Shown: piece after piece, positions 27,220-36,162 of the stretch
Position numbering within the stretch: position 1 is the stretch's first letter
Layout: every line of letters starts with the position of its first letter
Source of the DNA: a virus
Lineage: Duplodnaviria > Caudoviricetes
Direction: 5' to 3' (one strand)
DNA: 38,216 nucleotides
Virus record (IMG/VR): IMGVR_UViG_3300034150_000093
Coordinates: 1-38,216 of that record
Notes under the pieces: generated by a model
Databases searched by the model: none
Told to the model about the DNA's origin: nothing
The model's input: only the letters and a program-made list of their open reading frames with translations
Translations under genes and position numbers: made by a program

Positions 27220-27871
27220 CCTGTTCTGCAAACAAGGTGGTGCCTCACACGGGTACCACCTTGCAGGCTTCCATGTGACCGGAGTCGACAGGGAACCGCA
27301 GCCACGTTACCCGCACGCGTTCATCCAAACCGATGTTCGAGATCTGGACCCGGCCTGGATAAGGAAAAACTTTGACGTGGTGACCGGTTCACCACCATGT
27401 TGGGCGCATTCGGATCTGGCGTTCAGATCTGGCAAAGAATATGAAGATTTCATTCCCGAATGCCGTCACCTGATGACCGAATCCGGTCTGCCTTACGTCA
27501 TCGAAAATGTGGAGAAGTCCCCACCCATCAACCCGCTGATGTTGTGCGGCACCATGTTTCCTGGACTTCGGGTGATCCGGCACAGACTGTTCGAGTCGAA
27601 TGTTTCGCTAGTCGCACCAGGCCCCCATGTTCGAAAGCATACGCTGGTGTTCACCATGGACAAACGTAAAGATCATTACGGGAGACTGAACGAATGGGAC
27701 GCGTTCGTTTCCGTGAACGGCGGTGGCAACTGTTCGAAGAAGGCTGCTGCTGACGCCATGGGCATCAACGAGCATTGGATGACGAAGGACGGCTTGAACC
27801 AGGCGGTCCCTCCGAAGTTTACGGAGTGGATCGGTCGACAGTTAATGAAAGGTTTTAACCATGTTTGTTAA
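27203..27871 (+). CDS. DNA (cytosine-5) methyltransferase, short form
   Basis: LDLFC..GG (motif I), SPPC (IV), IENV (VI), R.RLF (VIII). Confidence 0.85.
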   Translation: MPRLLDLFCKQGGASHGYHLAGFHVTGVDREPQPRYPHAFIQTDVRDLDPAWIRKNFDVVTGSPPCWAHSDLAFRSGKEYEDFIPECRHLMTESGLPYVIENVEKSPPINPLMLCGTMFPGLRVIRHRLFESNVSLVAPGPHVRKHTLVFTMDKRKDHYGRLNEWDAFVSVNGGGNCSKKAAADAMGINEHWMTKDGLNQAVPPKFTEWIGRQLMKGFNHVC

Positions 27872-28607
27872 GTTGCTTGCTGGAACTCAGATTTTCGATG
27901 CCGAGAGCTGGAATCCGGTGTGGAAGCCTGAGCCTGGCGTGTCGGACGCTGAAACACTAATCGAGTTTTCTGGCAGAAATTGTTACCAGTCGTGGGATCG
28001 CCCGAATCGGGCCACTGCCACGAACGCCGGATACATGAAGAATATTCTCGACGTGGGCCACTTTTCCGTCTTGGAACACAGTACGGCAACGTTCCTGTTC
28101 GGGGGCGTGTCGAGGTCGCTAAGTCATGAGTTTATCCGAAGCCGTCACCTTTCGTATTCAGAATTGTCGCAGAGGTTCGAGAACATGGAAGACGCCGAGT
28201 TGGTGACACCCCCCGCCTACTATCGACATTTTCCTTTGGATGCGATGATGGCGTGGCGTGGCAAGCGTTTCAATGAGATCAAGGAAAACTATGCGACTGT
28301 TGTCGACTTCCTAGTCGGGAAAGGTTTGACGCGTAAGCAGGCCCGTGAAGCCGCTCGCGCTGATCTTCCGAACGCCACACAGACTCGAATTGTCGTGACC
28401 GGTAATTTCCGAGCGTGGCGGCAGTTCATCGCGATGCGGGCTACCATCCACGCTGATGCGGAAATCTGTGCTGTGGCGGTGGAGGTGTTGCAGAATCTTC
28501 AGGTTCACGCGCCGAACGTTTTCGGTGATTTCGAGTTGTCGGTGTGGTCCGGTCCAGGTAGTGATGGTCGGACATACGCCCACTCTTCGGTGAGCGCTCC
28601 ATGCTAG
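27861..28607 (+). CDS. thyX: Flavin-dependent thymidylate synthase
   Basis: GH.SVLEH, RSRHLSYSELSQR, AREAAR..LP, GNFRAW..F...R....A..EI. Confidence 0.95.
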   Translation: MFVKLLAGTQIFDAESWNPVWKPEPGVSDAETLIEFSGRNCYQSWDRPNRATATNAGYMKNILDVGHFSVLEHSTATFLFGGVSRSLSHEFIRSRHLSYSELSQRFENMEDAELVTPPAYYRHFPLDAMMAWRGKRFNEIKENYATVVDFLVGKGLTRKQAREAARADLPNATQTRIVVTGNFRAWRQFIAMRATIHADAEICAVAVEVLQNLQVHAPNVFGDFELSVWSGPGSDGRTYAHSSVSAPC

Positions 28608-28636
28608 ACTGGTAAAGCTGCCCGACCTGGTGGTTT

Positions 28637-28674
28637 GTGGATCACGTGATTACAGTCGCGTGGTCCACTTTTTT
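28637..28674 (+). terminator. Intrinsic terminator after thyX
   Basis: gtggatcacgtga/tcgcgtggtccac stem followed by TTTTTT. Confidence 0.85.
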
Positions 28675-28689
28675 GTTCCTGCTTCACAC

Positions 28690-28718
28690 TTGACATCAAG
28701 TGTCGGTCCATGTAGGTT
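28690..28718 (+). promoter_or_regulatory. Consensus-like sigma70 promoter, leaderless
   Basis: TTGACA-N17-TAGGTT-N6-ATG(28725). Confidence 0.8.
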
Positions 28719-28724
28719 TGTGAC

Positions 28725-28979
28725 ATGAAGAAGATGGCAGCGGTAGCTACGGCGACGATCCTCCTCCTCGCCGGATGCAAAGAGACCGGTGATACCGGAC
28801 TCGGAACAGTTCAAGAAGTTCACAACACGAAGGCCGGTGGCGAACTGACCGCCGAATGCCGAATCCGTGTAGCGCCCGTTTCCGGCAAGCGCGGATCGTA
28901 CGGCAAGTGGTTCACTGTTCCAGCCGCCGAGTGCGAAAACTGGCATGTCGGCGACACCTACCCGAAGGAGAATTCGTGA
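28725..28979 (+). CDS. Small lipoprotein
   Basis: MKK + hydrophobic stretch + LAGC lipobox. Confidence 0.75.
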   Translation: MKKMAAVATATILLLAGCKETGDTGLGTVQEVHNTKAGGELTAECRIRVAPVSGKRGSYGKWFTVPAAECENWHVGDTYPKENS

Positions 28980-29416
28980 CTGACGTCGAAGTCTTGTGGT
29001 GTCCCCGCGATCCGATCTTCGACAGCGACGGAAACTGTTTGAGCGCTGTCGACTGGCTCGGACACCGTTTCTGGGTCGGCGACCAGGTCGTGTACTGCAT
29101 GAACGGTCCGGTGATGGGTGTCGGAATTGTTGTACGACTCAGATCTGAGCATCAGGAACGTTCCCGGACCGGTCGAACCGTGAAAGATGTCGACGAGTAC
29201 CGGTCGGCGTGGGACCTGATCAAAGTGTGGGTGTTACCAGTGAAGTCTTCCGGCCATAAAAAGTCGAAAGCTCAGACGGTCGAAGTGAAAGCTCTGACTG
29301 TCACCTGGATTCCCCAGGATTTTGAGGAGATGTGCCACCTGACCGACAACCTGAACCGGTGCGAAGGTGGTCCGATGGGCCCCAACCACAAGCACAAGTT
29401 TCCGTTCATCTACTGA
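28976..29416 (+). CDS. Hypothetical protein
   Basis: GAAGGAG RBS; GTGA overlap. Confidence 0.6.
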   Translation: MTDVEVLWCPRDPIFDSDGNCLSAVDWLGHRFWVGDQVVYCMNGPVMGVGIVVRLRSEHQERSRTGRTVKDVDEYRSAWDLIKVWVLPVKSSGHKKSKAQTVEVKALTVTWIPQDFEEMCHLTDNLNRCEGGPMGPNHKHKFPFIY

Positions 29417-29427
29417 AAGGCAAAGAA

Positions 29428-29628
29428 ATGACGTTTCGGCAGGTAAGGCTTGATCTTGACGAGCGTCGACTGTTCGCGGAAAGCGAACTGGATTACATTT
29501 GCGAAACGCTTCATCTCGACAAAGACGGAAAGCTACTTCTTGCGGCTTTCGCCAATGTTCTGATCACCTCTTCGTACAACAAAGGCTACGAGTTGGCGTT
29601 CAGGACCCTTGCGGGAATTGGTGAATGA
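29428..29628 (+). CDS. Hypothetical protein
   Basis: AAAGG RBS, ATG 29428. Confidence 0.55.
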   Translation: MTFRQVRLDLDERRLFAESELDYICETLHLDKDGKLLLAAFANVLITSSYNKGYELAFRTLAGIGE

Positions 29629-29822
29629 TGCCCGCCCAGTTGCCTGGCATGCTGTGGCGTGTTGTCATCCGCTACCCGAACGGTCCAAGCGTGTGGAATT
29701 CTCCGAAGTCGAAAACCTATTCCGATGAGTCGATGGCTTTGGCTGCGAAGCGATCCGCTGAGAAGTTCAACGGAGTCGCCAGGATCTTCGTTACGCACTG
29801 CGATTGGGTCGAGCAGCAGTAG
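29625..29822 (+). CDS. Hypothetical protein
   Basis: ATGA overlap with the previous gene. Confidence 0.5.
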   Translation: MMPAQLPGMLWRVVIRYPNGPSVWNSPKSKTYSDESMALAAKRSAEKFNGVARIFVTHCDWVEQQ

Positions 29823-30297
29823 GTCCACGCTGATTCTGGTATTTCGAGTCCAGTCTTTCGTGTCCGTAAGGATTGAGGGCTGGACTCGCCAGCTCCATGA
29901 TCACTAGCTGAGCGATCAGCATCCCAGGTTCGAGAAGGACCCTCTTCGGTCCCAGGTTGCACAACTCCAAGGTGATCTGACCGGAGAAGCCAGGGTCGAT
30001 CCAACCGGCAGTCTGGTGTACAGACAAGCCCAGTCGTGCCCACGTTGACTTCCCGGACACTTCCGCCACCAGGTCGGCAGGGATGGTCACGGTTTCGACG
30101 GTGGAGAACAAGGCGAAGTCGCCACGGCCGAGAGCGATGCTGTCGAACTTTTCCGGTTCGTCTTCGTCGATGTACCGGACGTAACATCCGAGCATCAGAT
30201 CGTAGGACGCTGGCTGAACCTGCTTCGTGTGGAACGGGTCGATCCCTACCCGTCCGCCGACGACAGCTCCGATGATGTCCACGTCGGAGAAGATCAT
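29791..30297 (-). CDS. dcd: dCTP deaminase
   Basis: QPASYDL, GKSTWARLGL, AGWIDPGFSGQITLE, KYQNQ.G motifs. Confidence 0.92.
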   Translation of the reverse strand: MIFSDVDIIGAVVGGRVGIDPFHTKQVQPASYDLMLGCYVRYIDEDEPEKFDSIALGRGDFALFSTVETVTIPADLVAEVSGKSTWARLGLSVHQTAGWIDPGFSGQITLELCNLGPKRVLLEPGMLIAQLVIMELASPALNPYGHERLDSKYQNQRGPTAARPNRSA

Positions 30298-30515
30298 CGC
30301 ATGACCTGATGGGCTGTTTCGAAGATGCCGGTGAGTTCCTGTGCGGAGGATTCAGCGGCAACCCACGAGTCGAACGGTCCGCAGGTTCCGGTGATCGTGG
30401 CCGCGTACGGAAGGTGGACATTGATTTCTATCCACCACGCGGTTTCCGGGATGGGCCACCACCAACGTCGGATGTGAGTGTCAGAATACACGCGTACACC
30501 TGTGCGAATGTCCAT
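30294..30515 (-). CDS. Hypothetical protein
   Basis: GGGGG RBS before ATG 30515; ATGA overlap with dcd. Confidence 0.5.
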   Translation of the reverse strand: MDIRTGVRVYSDTHIRRWWWPIPETAWWIEINVHLPYAATITGTCGPFDSWVAAESSAQELTGIFETAHQVMR

Positions 30516-30679
30516 GTTTCCCCCGTGAGGATCTGAGTCGCGGTGATCGGATTCGAACCATACCAGCATCCCAGGAAGGTCGCCACTGTTCCTGGTGAGA
30601 TGTTCGACACCGCCGGAACCGTTGGGACCGTCGCATCCTGCGGATATGCTTGAGGCACGACAAGGAAACGGGGAGGCGG

Positions 30680-31561
30680 ATGGCAAGTTCACCACTGTGC
30701 CGCAAGTGCGGAAAAATCCTCGATGTCAAACTGTACGTCGGCGGAGGATTCGAATATCACGTGTCGTGCGCACCTGATGATGTGCTGGTTCCGGGAACTG
30801 ATGAAACTTTCGGCGACCTCGGTTTGCGCGAGTCGATCGGGCAGATCATCCGTTGGGGTGCCCAGCAGTCTGAACGGTCGAAGCAGGTGGCGCTCGGATG
30901 TTCAGAGATCGGTGATCCGTGCGAACGGAAAATTGGTATGACAATGGTCGGGTTGGAAAAAACAAACTTCACCGCCGACCCGTGGCCTTCCATTGTCGGA
31001 ACATCCATTCATTCTTGGTTGGGCGACACGGTCAGCGCCTACCAGAAAAAGTTCGGTGACGAAGGTTGGATTTCGGAGTTGGAAGTTTTGGCTTCGGACT
31101 GGTTACCGGGTCATGTGGATTTGTATTACCGTGGAACGGTTTTGGATTTGAAGAACCCTTCACGGGCGAATGCCGCCAAAATGCGCAAGCATGGTATCGG
31201 CGATGTGTACGAAGCGCAGATCCAGGCGTACGGGCGTGGTGTGAAACGTTCCGGCCGTCCAGTTGATCGTGTAGGTGTTCTGATGTTGTCTCGTGACGGA
31301 AACTTGAAAGACATGTGGTGCAAGACGTGGCCGTATGATGACGAGTTTGTTGATCGGGCACTGCAGAGGGTCGTCGACATCGGCGACTTGTGCATCACCG
31401 CCGATGTGGAGAATCATCCAGAAAATTGGAAGATGATCCCGCCGTCACCTTCCAGGCTGTGCGGTTGGTGTGTGTTTTATGACAGCAACCTGTCAGCCCC
31501 GTCCGATAAAGGTTGTCCAGGTCGTTTCGACGACCCTATGGATGACATGTTCAGGAAATAA
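30680..31561 (+). CDS. Cas4-like PD-(D/E)XK exonuclease
   Basis: S.IG.PC.RK, GT.IH, GHVDL....VLDLK, Q...Y, C.WC......C Fe-S-type cysteines; GGGGAGG RBS. Confidence 0.85.
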   Translation: MASSPLCRKCGKILDVKLYVGGGFEYHVSCAPDDVLVPGTDETFGDLGLRESIGQIIRWGAQQSERSKQVALGCSEIGDPCERKIGMTMVGLEKTNFTADPWPSIVGTSIHSWLGDTVSAYQKKFGDEGWISELEVLASDWLPGHVDLYYRGTVLDLKNPSRANAAKMRKHGIGDVYEAQIQAYGRGVKRSGRPVDRVGVLMLSRDGNLKDMWCKTWPYDDEFVDRALQRVVDIGDLCITADVENHPENWKMIPPSPSRLCGWCVFYDSNLSAPSDKGCPGRFDDPMDDMFRK

Positions 31562-31581
31562 CCAACCAAAAGGAGCGCCCG

Positions 31582-32193
31582 ATGGGCATGTTCGACGACG
31601 ACAACACGTTCGACGAGTTCGAAGAGTTTTTCTCCGGCGGAGGCGGCCCGAAGGGCATCTCCTGGAAGCTGGCCCGGAAGGGAGACTCCGTTACCGGAAC
31701 GATCTTCGACATGGACATCCGTGACAAGATCGACCCGAACACGAAGGCCGTTCAGATGAACGACTACGGCAAGCCGAAGAAGGTTCTGATCCTGCACCTT
31801 CTAACGGACCTGCGGGACCCGGAGATCGAAGGTGACGACGGCACACGTCGAGCGTTCCTTCAGGGCAACGCGTTGTTCGAGTTCAAGAAGTTCCTGTCCG
31901 ACAACGGCATCGGAAGGCCGCTGCGCGGTGGACGTTTCTTCCAGCAGCTGACAGGTACGAAGCCGACCAACTTCGCTTCCCCACAGAACCTGTTCGTCTG
32001 CAAGTACGGTGCACCGACCACGGAAACACTGGCGGCAGTTGACGCGTACCTGGCGAAGAAGAAGGGCGTAGCAGTGAACACGCCCACCGATCCGTTCAAC
32101 GTTCCAGAGCCTACCCCCACCGCCCGTCCGACCACATTGAATTCGATGCGTGCCGGAGGCAACGGCGGTTTCGATGACAGCCCACCTTTCTGA
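31582..32193 (+). CDS. Single-stranded DNA-binding protein (putative)
   Basis: GDSVTGTI...L.TDLRDP....DDG.R pattern, acidic DDSPPF tail; AAGGAG RBS; followed by a hairpin. Confidence 0.7.
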   Translation: MGMFDDDNTFDEFEEFFSGGGGPKGISWKLARKGDSVTGTIFDMDIRDKIDPNTKAVQMNDYGKPKKVLILHLLTDLRDPEIEGDDGTRRAFLQGNALFEFKKFLSDNGIGRPLRGGRFFQQLTGTKPTNFASPQNLFVCKYGAPTTETLAAVDAYLAKKKGVAVNTPTDPFNVPEPTPTARPTTLNSMRAGGNGGFDDSPPF

Positions 32194-32201
32194 TTCTGAC
32201 A

Positions 32202-32249
32202 TGTCGGTCGAACGGTTCACCATGGGCCGTTCGACCGGCACCTTCCTCC
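32202..32249 (+). terminator. Hairpin/terminator after SSB
   Basis: tgtcggtcgaacgg/ccgttcgaccggca stem followed by a pyrimidine tract. Confidence 0.6.
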
Positions 32250-32273
32250 TGTCACAAATCGGAGAATAAGTCC

Positions 32274-32651
32274 ATGACCGAACATATCCTATGGATCAAA
32301 GACGAAGACGCCGACGAGCTGCGTTGGGACGACGACGACGAACCGATCGAATGTGAAACCGACGACGGTAGCCTTGCCATCTTGACCCATGTGGCCAGTG
32401 GGCTGAATCCGGAACGCGAACGTTGGGAGGTCATCTACGAAATGGTCGTCTGCGATCAGGAAGACCGCCTGTGGATGCGTGGATACTCCAGCCCGGCCAC
32501 CGAAGGGCAGGAGGGGCAGGATATCTGGACGTACGACACGAGATCGCGCGGCAAGTCGGAACATTCAGCCCCGTACTGGGTCGGTTTTCGACCCGCCAAG
32601 AAGATCACCAAGACTGTCATCGACTACATTTTCATCAAGGAGCACCAGTGA
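32274..32651 (+). CDS. Hypothetical protein (paralog A)
   Basis: GGAG RBS; similar to the next ORF. Confidence 0.65.
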   Translation: MTEHILWIKDEDADELRWDDDDEPIECETDDGSLAILTHVASGLNPERERWEVIYEMVVCDQEDRLWMRGYSSPATEGQEGQDIWTYDTRSRGKSEHSAPYWVGFRPAKKITKTVIDYIFIKEHQ

Positions 32652-33019
32652 ACGACAATATTCTGTGGATCGCCGACCACGACGCCGAGTTCCTGATCGG
32701 CGCTGACGGTTACCCGTACGACTGCGTATGCGACGATGGCACACCGGTCGTGTTGTACAACGTCAGCGACGACACGAAGCTTCGACACACTCCCGGTTCC
32801 ATTGTTCGTCTTCTCGTCATCGCCGATGAGAAGGGCGACTTGTGGGGCACTGAATGGTCAAGTCTGCGCAGCGGATATCCGGGCTTCCTGTGGAACGGTG
32901 GCATGACAAAGCACCGCAAGGATGACGACCGAGGAGACGTTCCCGTATGGGTCGGTTTCACCCCTGTCGAGGTTGAGGTTGTTCAGAAGACCGTTTACCG
33001 TTTAAAGGACGCATCATGA
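32648..33019 (+). CDS. Hypothetical protein (paralog B)
   Basis: AAGGAG RBS, GTGA overlap. Confidence 0.65.
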   Translation: MNDNILWIADHDAEFLIGADGYPYDCVCDDGTPVVLYNVSDDTKLRHTPGSIVRLLVIADEKGDLWGTEWSSLRSGYPGFLWNGGMTKHRKDDDRGDVPVWVGFTPVEVEVVQKTVYRLKDAS

Positions 33020-33267
33020 CAGAGTTGACGACCACCGACGTGGCCGAATGCTTGAAGGATCTTGAGCGCAACCTGCTTTTGGATGCTTTTTCCAAGCAGA
33101 AGCCGATCGAGGTGTTCGTGAAAAACTGGATGGGGCAGGGGCGTCTGGATTCCGGTGTCACGGTTGAGGAGATGATGGAAGCCGTGTCCCACATGGTCGG
33201 GGAACGTCTGGCACCCGCTCGAAACCGCCCGGTTCCCGTGGTGGAGTATCAGGCCCCAGTCGGGTAG
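33016..33267 (+). CDS. Hypothetical protein
   Basis: AAGGA RBS, ATGA overlap. Confidence 0.6.
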   Translation: MTELTTTDVAECLKDLERNLLLDAFSKQKPIEVFVKNWMGQGRLDSGVTVEEMMEAVSHMVGERLAPARNRPVPVVEYQAPVG

Positions 33268-33311
33268 GCTGAACTCCTCGCCGCTGATTCGACGGGGGTC
33301 AGCGGACACAA

Positions 33312-33355
33312 AAAGCAGGGCCGCCTGTGATCGACGAGATCGGCGGCCCTGCTTT
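33312..33355. terminator. Terminator before the primase gene
   Basis: aaagcagggccgcc/ggcggccctgcttt perfect 14-bp inverted repeat. Confidence 0.75.
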
Positions 33356-33393
33356 ATTCACAAAAACGAATATCCCCAGTATACGTGGGGTAG

Positions 33394-35916
33394 GTGGGAT
33401 GGTGCAAGTTGATCTCAGAAAATCCTCACCTCGAAGCGGCGCTCGCATGGTTCGACGCCGGATGTGCTGTGATCCCGGCAACAGCGGACGGCATCAAGAA
33501 ACCGGCCGTGAACTGGAAAGCGTACTACAAGTACGTCCCGCCGACCCGCGAGAAGACTATCGAGTGGTTCACCGAGCACCCGGAGTGGGGTGTCGGGCTA
33601 CTTCCGGGAAAATTTTCCAACGGCCTCGAAATGGCCGAAATCGAAGCATGTCGGATGGATTCTGACTATCTGGACAAGGTCCGAACTGAAATGTACAGCC
33701 GTGAAGTCGGTGCACTGTGGGATGATCTTCTCGAACTCGGCTACTGCGAATCGACACCGTCCGGCGGAATCCACATCCTGTACCGGATCGAAGGCGTCGA
33801 CATTCCCGGCAACCACAAGCTGGCCACCGACTCTACCGGCACAGTCACCTATGCTGAAACTCGCGGAACCGGCGGGTTCGTCATCGTCGCCCCGACGTCC
33901 GGAACTGTTCACCCGACAGGCGACTCCTGGTCTGTTCTCGCAGGAAACATCGGTGTTATTCCGGTGATCGGCTGGGATGAGCGTTGCGCCATCCACGAAG
34001 CTTTGACTGCCGCCCTCAACGAACGCGTACGCGAAGTACGCGAATTTCCCGCACCACGTGTCACACCTTCCGGAAAACCGGCGTCTCTGCGTCCTGGTGA
34101 CGACTTCAACGCACGCGGCGACTCCTGGTATGACCTGCTGACCCGCAACGGTTGGTCGTTTCATTCGATGTCCGGTGGTCAGGAATGGTTCACCCGACCG
34201 GGCAAGGACCCGCGTGACGGGCATTCGGCGGCTACGAACCACAACGGTCAGCCTGGACTGTATGTGTGGTCCGGCATGCCGCAGGAGCGGGCGTATGACA
34301 AGTTCGGCGCTTTGGTCGAGTTGGAGTTCAACAGCGACTTCAAAGCCGCTGTCAAATATTTGGCAGGTCAAGGCTACGGTGATCAGAAGGGGTTCGAGCC
34401 GGTGAGTGACATTTCCGACTGGGCGACGGTGGAACGTGTAGCTGTGGTTCTCGAAGCCCGTGATGTTCCGGAGCAGCAGACTTCACGCCCGTACGTGAAG
34501 GAGTACAACCACCTTGGAGTCGCCGCGTTCGCTCAAGCAACCATCGGTGACAAGTTCCGCCGGGTGTCGAAAGAGAACGCGTGGCGTTTCTACGAGGATG
34601 GCCGGTGGGCGGAAGACGACGACGACAAACTGTCTTTCCATCTCGACAAGGTCACCAATCACATCAAGGTCGCCAAGGACAAAGACTTGGTAGACGCCAA
34701 GGCTGGCGGGGACAAGGACGAGATCGCCTCCGCAAAAGCTTTGGCGGCGTTCGCGAACTCTTTGCGGATGAACAGGGGCATCAAGGATTTGATGGAAACT
34801 TTCGGCAGGCAGAAGGGAATCTCTGTTTCGCCGGAAGCTTTCGACGCACGCCAGGATCTTCTGGTGCTCGACAACGGCACTTTCGACTTGTCGTCGATGG
34901 CGTTGCGCGACCACGACCCGAAAGACATGATCACTAAGCGTATCGGCGTGTCGTACGATCCGGACGCTACATGTCCGCGTTGGGACAAGTACCTAACGGA
35001 AGCCCTTCCTGACCCTGAACAGCGCAAATACATTCAGCGGGCTGTCGGTATGACGATCCTGGCGAAGATGGACGATGCGGCATTCTTTGTTCTGCACGGA
35101 TTGACCGGGTGTGGGAAGTCGCAGTTCGTGAACGTGATGCGCGAAGCCCTCGGCGAATATGCCGCAGAAGCAGCACCGTCGACTTTTCAAGCATCCAGAT
35201 TCGGCGGTGCTGGCAACGGTCCTACCGACGACATCCACAGCCTCCGTGGGGTCCGGTTCGCTTCGGTGTCGGAAACTGAAGAGGGTGAGGTTCTGAAGGA
35301 AGCTCTCCTGAAGCGGGTGACTGGTGGCGACGAGTTGACTTCCCGCACGTTGCATCAGCGGAACACGACGTGGAAGCCGCAGTTCACGGTGTGGATGATG
35401 ACGAATCACAAGCCGAAGCTGTCGTCTACCGATGGGGCCATCTGGCGTCGCGTGAAGCCTATCCATTTTCCGATGAACTTTTCAGAGTCGGCGAGCCGCG
35501 AGCTTGGCTTGTCGAAGAAGATCGTCTCGACGGAGCTGGCGGGTGTGTTCAACTGGGTTCTGGAAGGTGTGCGCGAATACTTGCGCATCGGCTTGGCTGA
35601 GCCCGTCGAGACGACGGCGGCTATCGCCGACTACCGCGCCGAAGTCGACCCGGTTCAGACATTCCTGGCCGAAGCTGTCGATGAAGGGCGAATCATCCTC
35701 GACCCTGAGTCGAAGATCAAACCCGGAGAACTGCGCAGAGCATACCTGAGTTGGTGCGACAGCAACGGGGTAAAGCATCCGATCGGTGAGCGCAAGTTCA
35801 GCCAGCGGCTGGAAGAGTTGGGGTTCGAATCCGCACGCGGCAACGGTGGGGTTCGTCTGAGAGTCGGTATCCGAATCAATGACGCGTTCACCATGGGCGG
35901 TTGGCTGGCCCGGTGA
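33394..35916 (+). CDS. Bifunctional primase/polymerase fused to a D5-like SF3 helicase (start uncertain)
   Basis: TPSGGIH, ETRG.GG.V...P prim-pol motifs; G.TGCGKS Walker A; LK.VTGGD, TNHKP, AIWRR. Confidence 0.9.
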   Translation: MGWCKLISENPHLEAALAWFDAGCAVIPATADGIKKPAVNWKAYYKYVPPTREKTIEWFTEHPEWGVGLLPGKFSNGLEMAEIEACRMDSDYLDKVRTEMYSREVGALWDDLLELGYCESTPSGGIHILYRIEGVDIPGNHKLATDSTGTVTYAETRGTGGFVIVAPTSGTVHPTGDSWSVLAGNIGVIPVIGWDERCAIHEALTAALNERVREVREFPAPRVTPSGKPASLRPGDDFNARGDSWYDLLTRNGWSFHSMSGGQEWFTRPGKDPRDGHSAATNHNGQPGLYVWSGMPQERAYDKFGALVELEFNSDFKAAVKYLAGQGYGDQKGFEPVSDISDWATVERVAVVLEARDVPEQQTSRPYVKEYNHLGVAAFAQATIGDKFRRVSKENAWRFYEDGRWAEDDDDKLSFHLDKVTNHIKVAKDKDLVDAKAGGDKDEIASAKALAAFANSLRMNRGIKDLMETFGRQKGISVSPEAFDARQDLLVLDNGTFDLSSMALRDHDPKDMITKRIGVSYDPDATCPRWDKYLTEALPDPEQRKYIQRAVGMTILAKMDDAAFFVLHGLTGCGKSQFVNVMREALGEYAAEAAPSTFQASRFGGAGNGPTDDIHSLRGVRFASVSETEEGEVLKEALLKRVTGGDELTSRTLHQRNTTWKPQFTVWMMTNHKPKLSSTDGAIWRRVKPIHFPMNFSESASRELGLSKKIVSTELAGVFNWVLEGVREYLRIGLAEPVETTAAIADYRAEVDPVQTFLAEAVDEGRIILDPESKIKPGELRRAYLSWCDSNGVKHPIGERKFSQRLEELGFESARGNGGVRLRVGIRINDAFTMGGWLAR

Positions 35917-35931
35917 CGTGATCGAAACGAA

Positions 35932-35959
35932 AGCCCGTCAGGTTCAATCCTGACGGGCT
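35932..35959. terminator. Hairpin terminator after the primase gene
   Basis: agcccgtcagg/cctgacgggct. Confidence 0.7.
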
Positions 35960-35978
35960 ATTCGTGTACCTTGAATTG

Positions 35979-36104
35979 GTGATGAATAAGATTCGGACGA
36001 TGAGGCAAGTCACCGATCAGCATCTTGGGGTCGTTGACTTTCGAAACGCCCTTCTTGCTACGGGCGAAGATGTTGAGCGGGCGTTGGAGCCAGTACCCAA
36101 CTGA
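35979..36104 (+). CDS. Candidate 41-aa leaderless small protein
   Basis: TACCTT-gaattg-GTG; ORF sits between two hairpins. Confidence 0.4.
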   Translation: MMNKIRTMRQVTDQHLGVVDFRNALLATGEDVERALEPVPN

Positions 36105-36116
36105 GCTGGTGACACG

Positions 36117-36150
36117 AAAACAGCCCCGCAGATCGAAACCTGCGGGGCTG
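36117..36150 (-). terminator. Terminator of the right-hand leftward operon
   Basis: cagccccgcag/ctgcggggctg followed by TTTT on the minus strand. Confidence 0.8.
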
Positions 36151-36162
36151 AAAATCATATAC

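Noticed and set aside
11446-28718. TGTCGG upstream of -10 boxes (11461, 16212, 28701) as PafBC/RecA-NDp promoters
   Set aside because: Spacings are 9, 7 and 6 nt, which are inconsistent with each other and with the expected 10.
30545-30570. GGTTCGAATCC T-loop-like sequence on the minus strand
   Set aside because: No D arm, anticodon arm or acceptor stem around it.
30680-31561. CRISPR-Cas system suggested by the Cas4-like gene
   Set aside because: No repeat-spacer array or other cas genes; stand-alone Cas4-like nucleases are common phage recombination genes.
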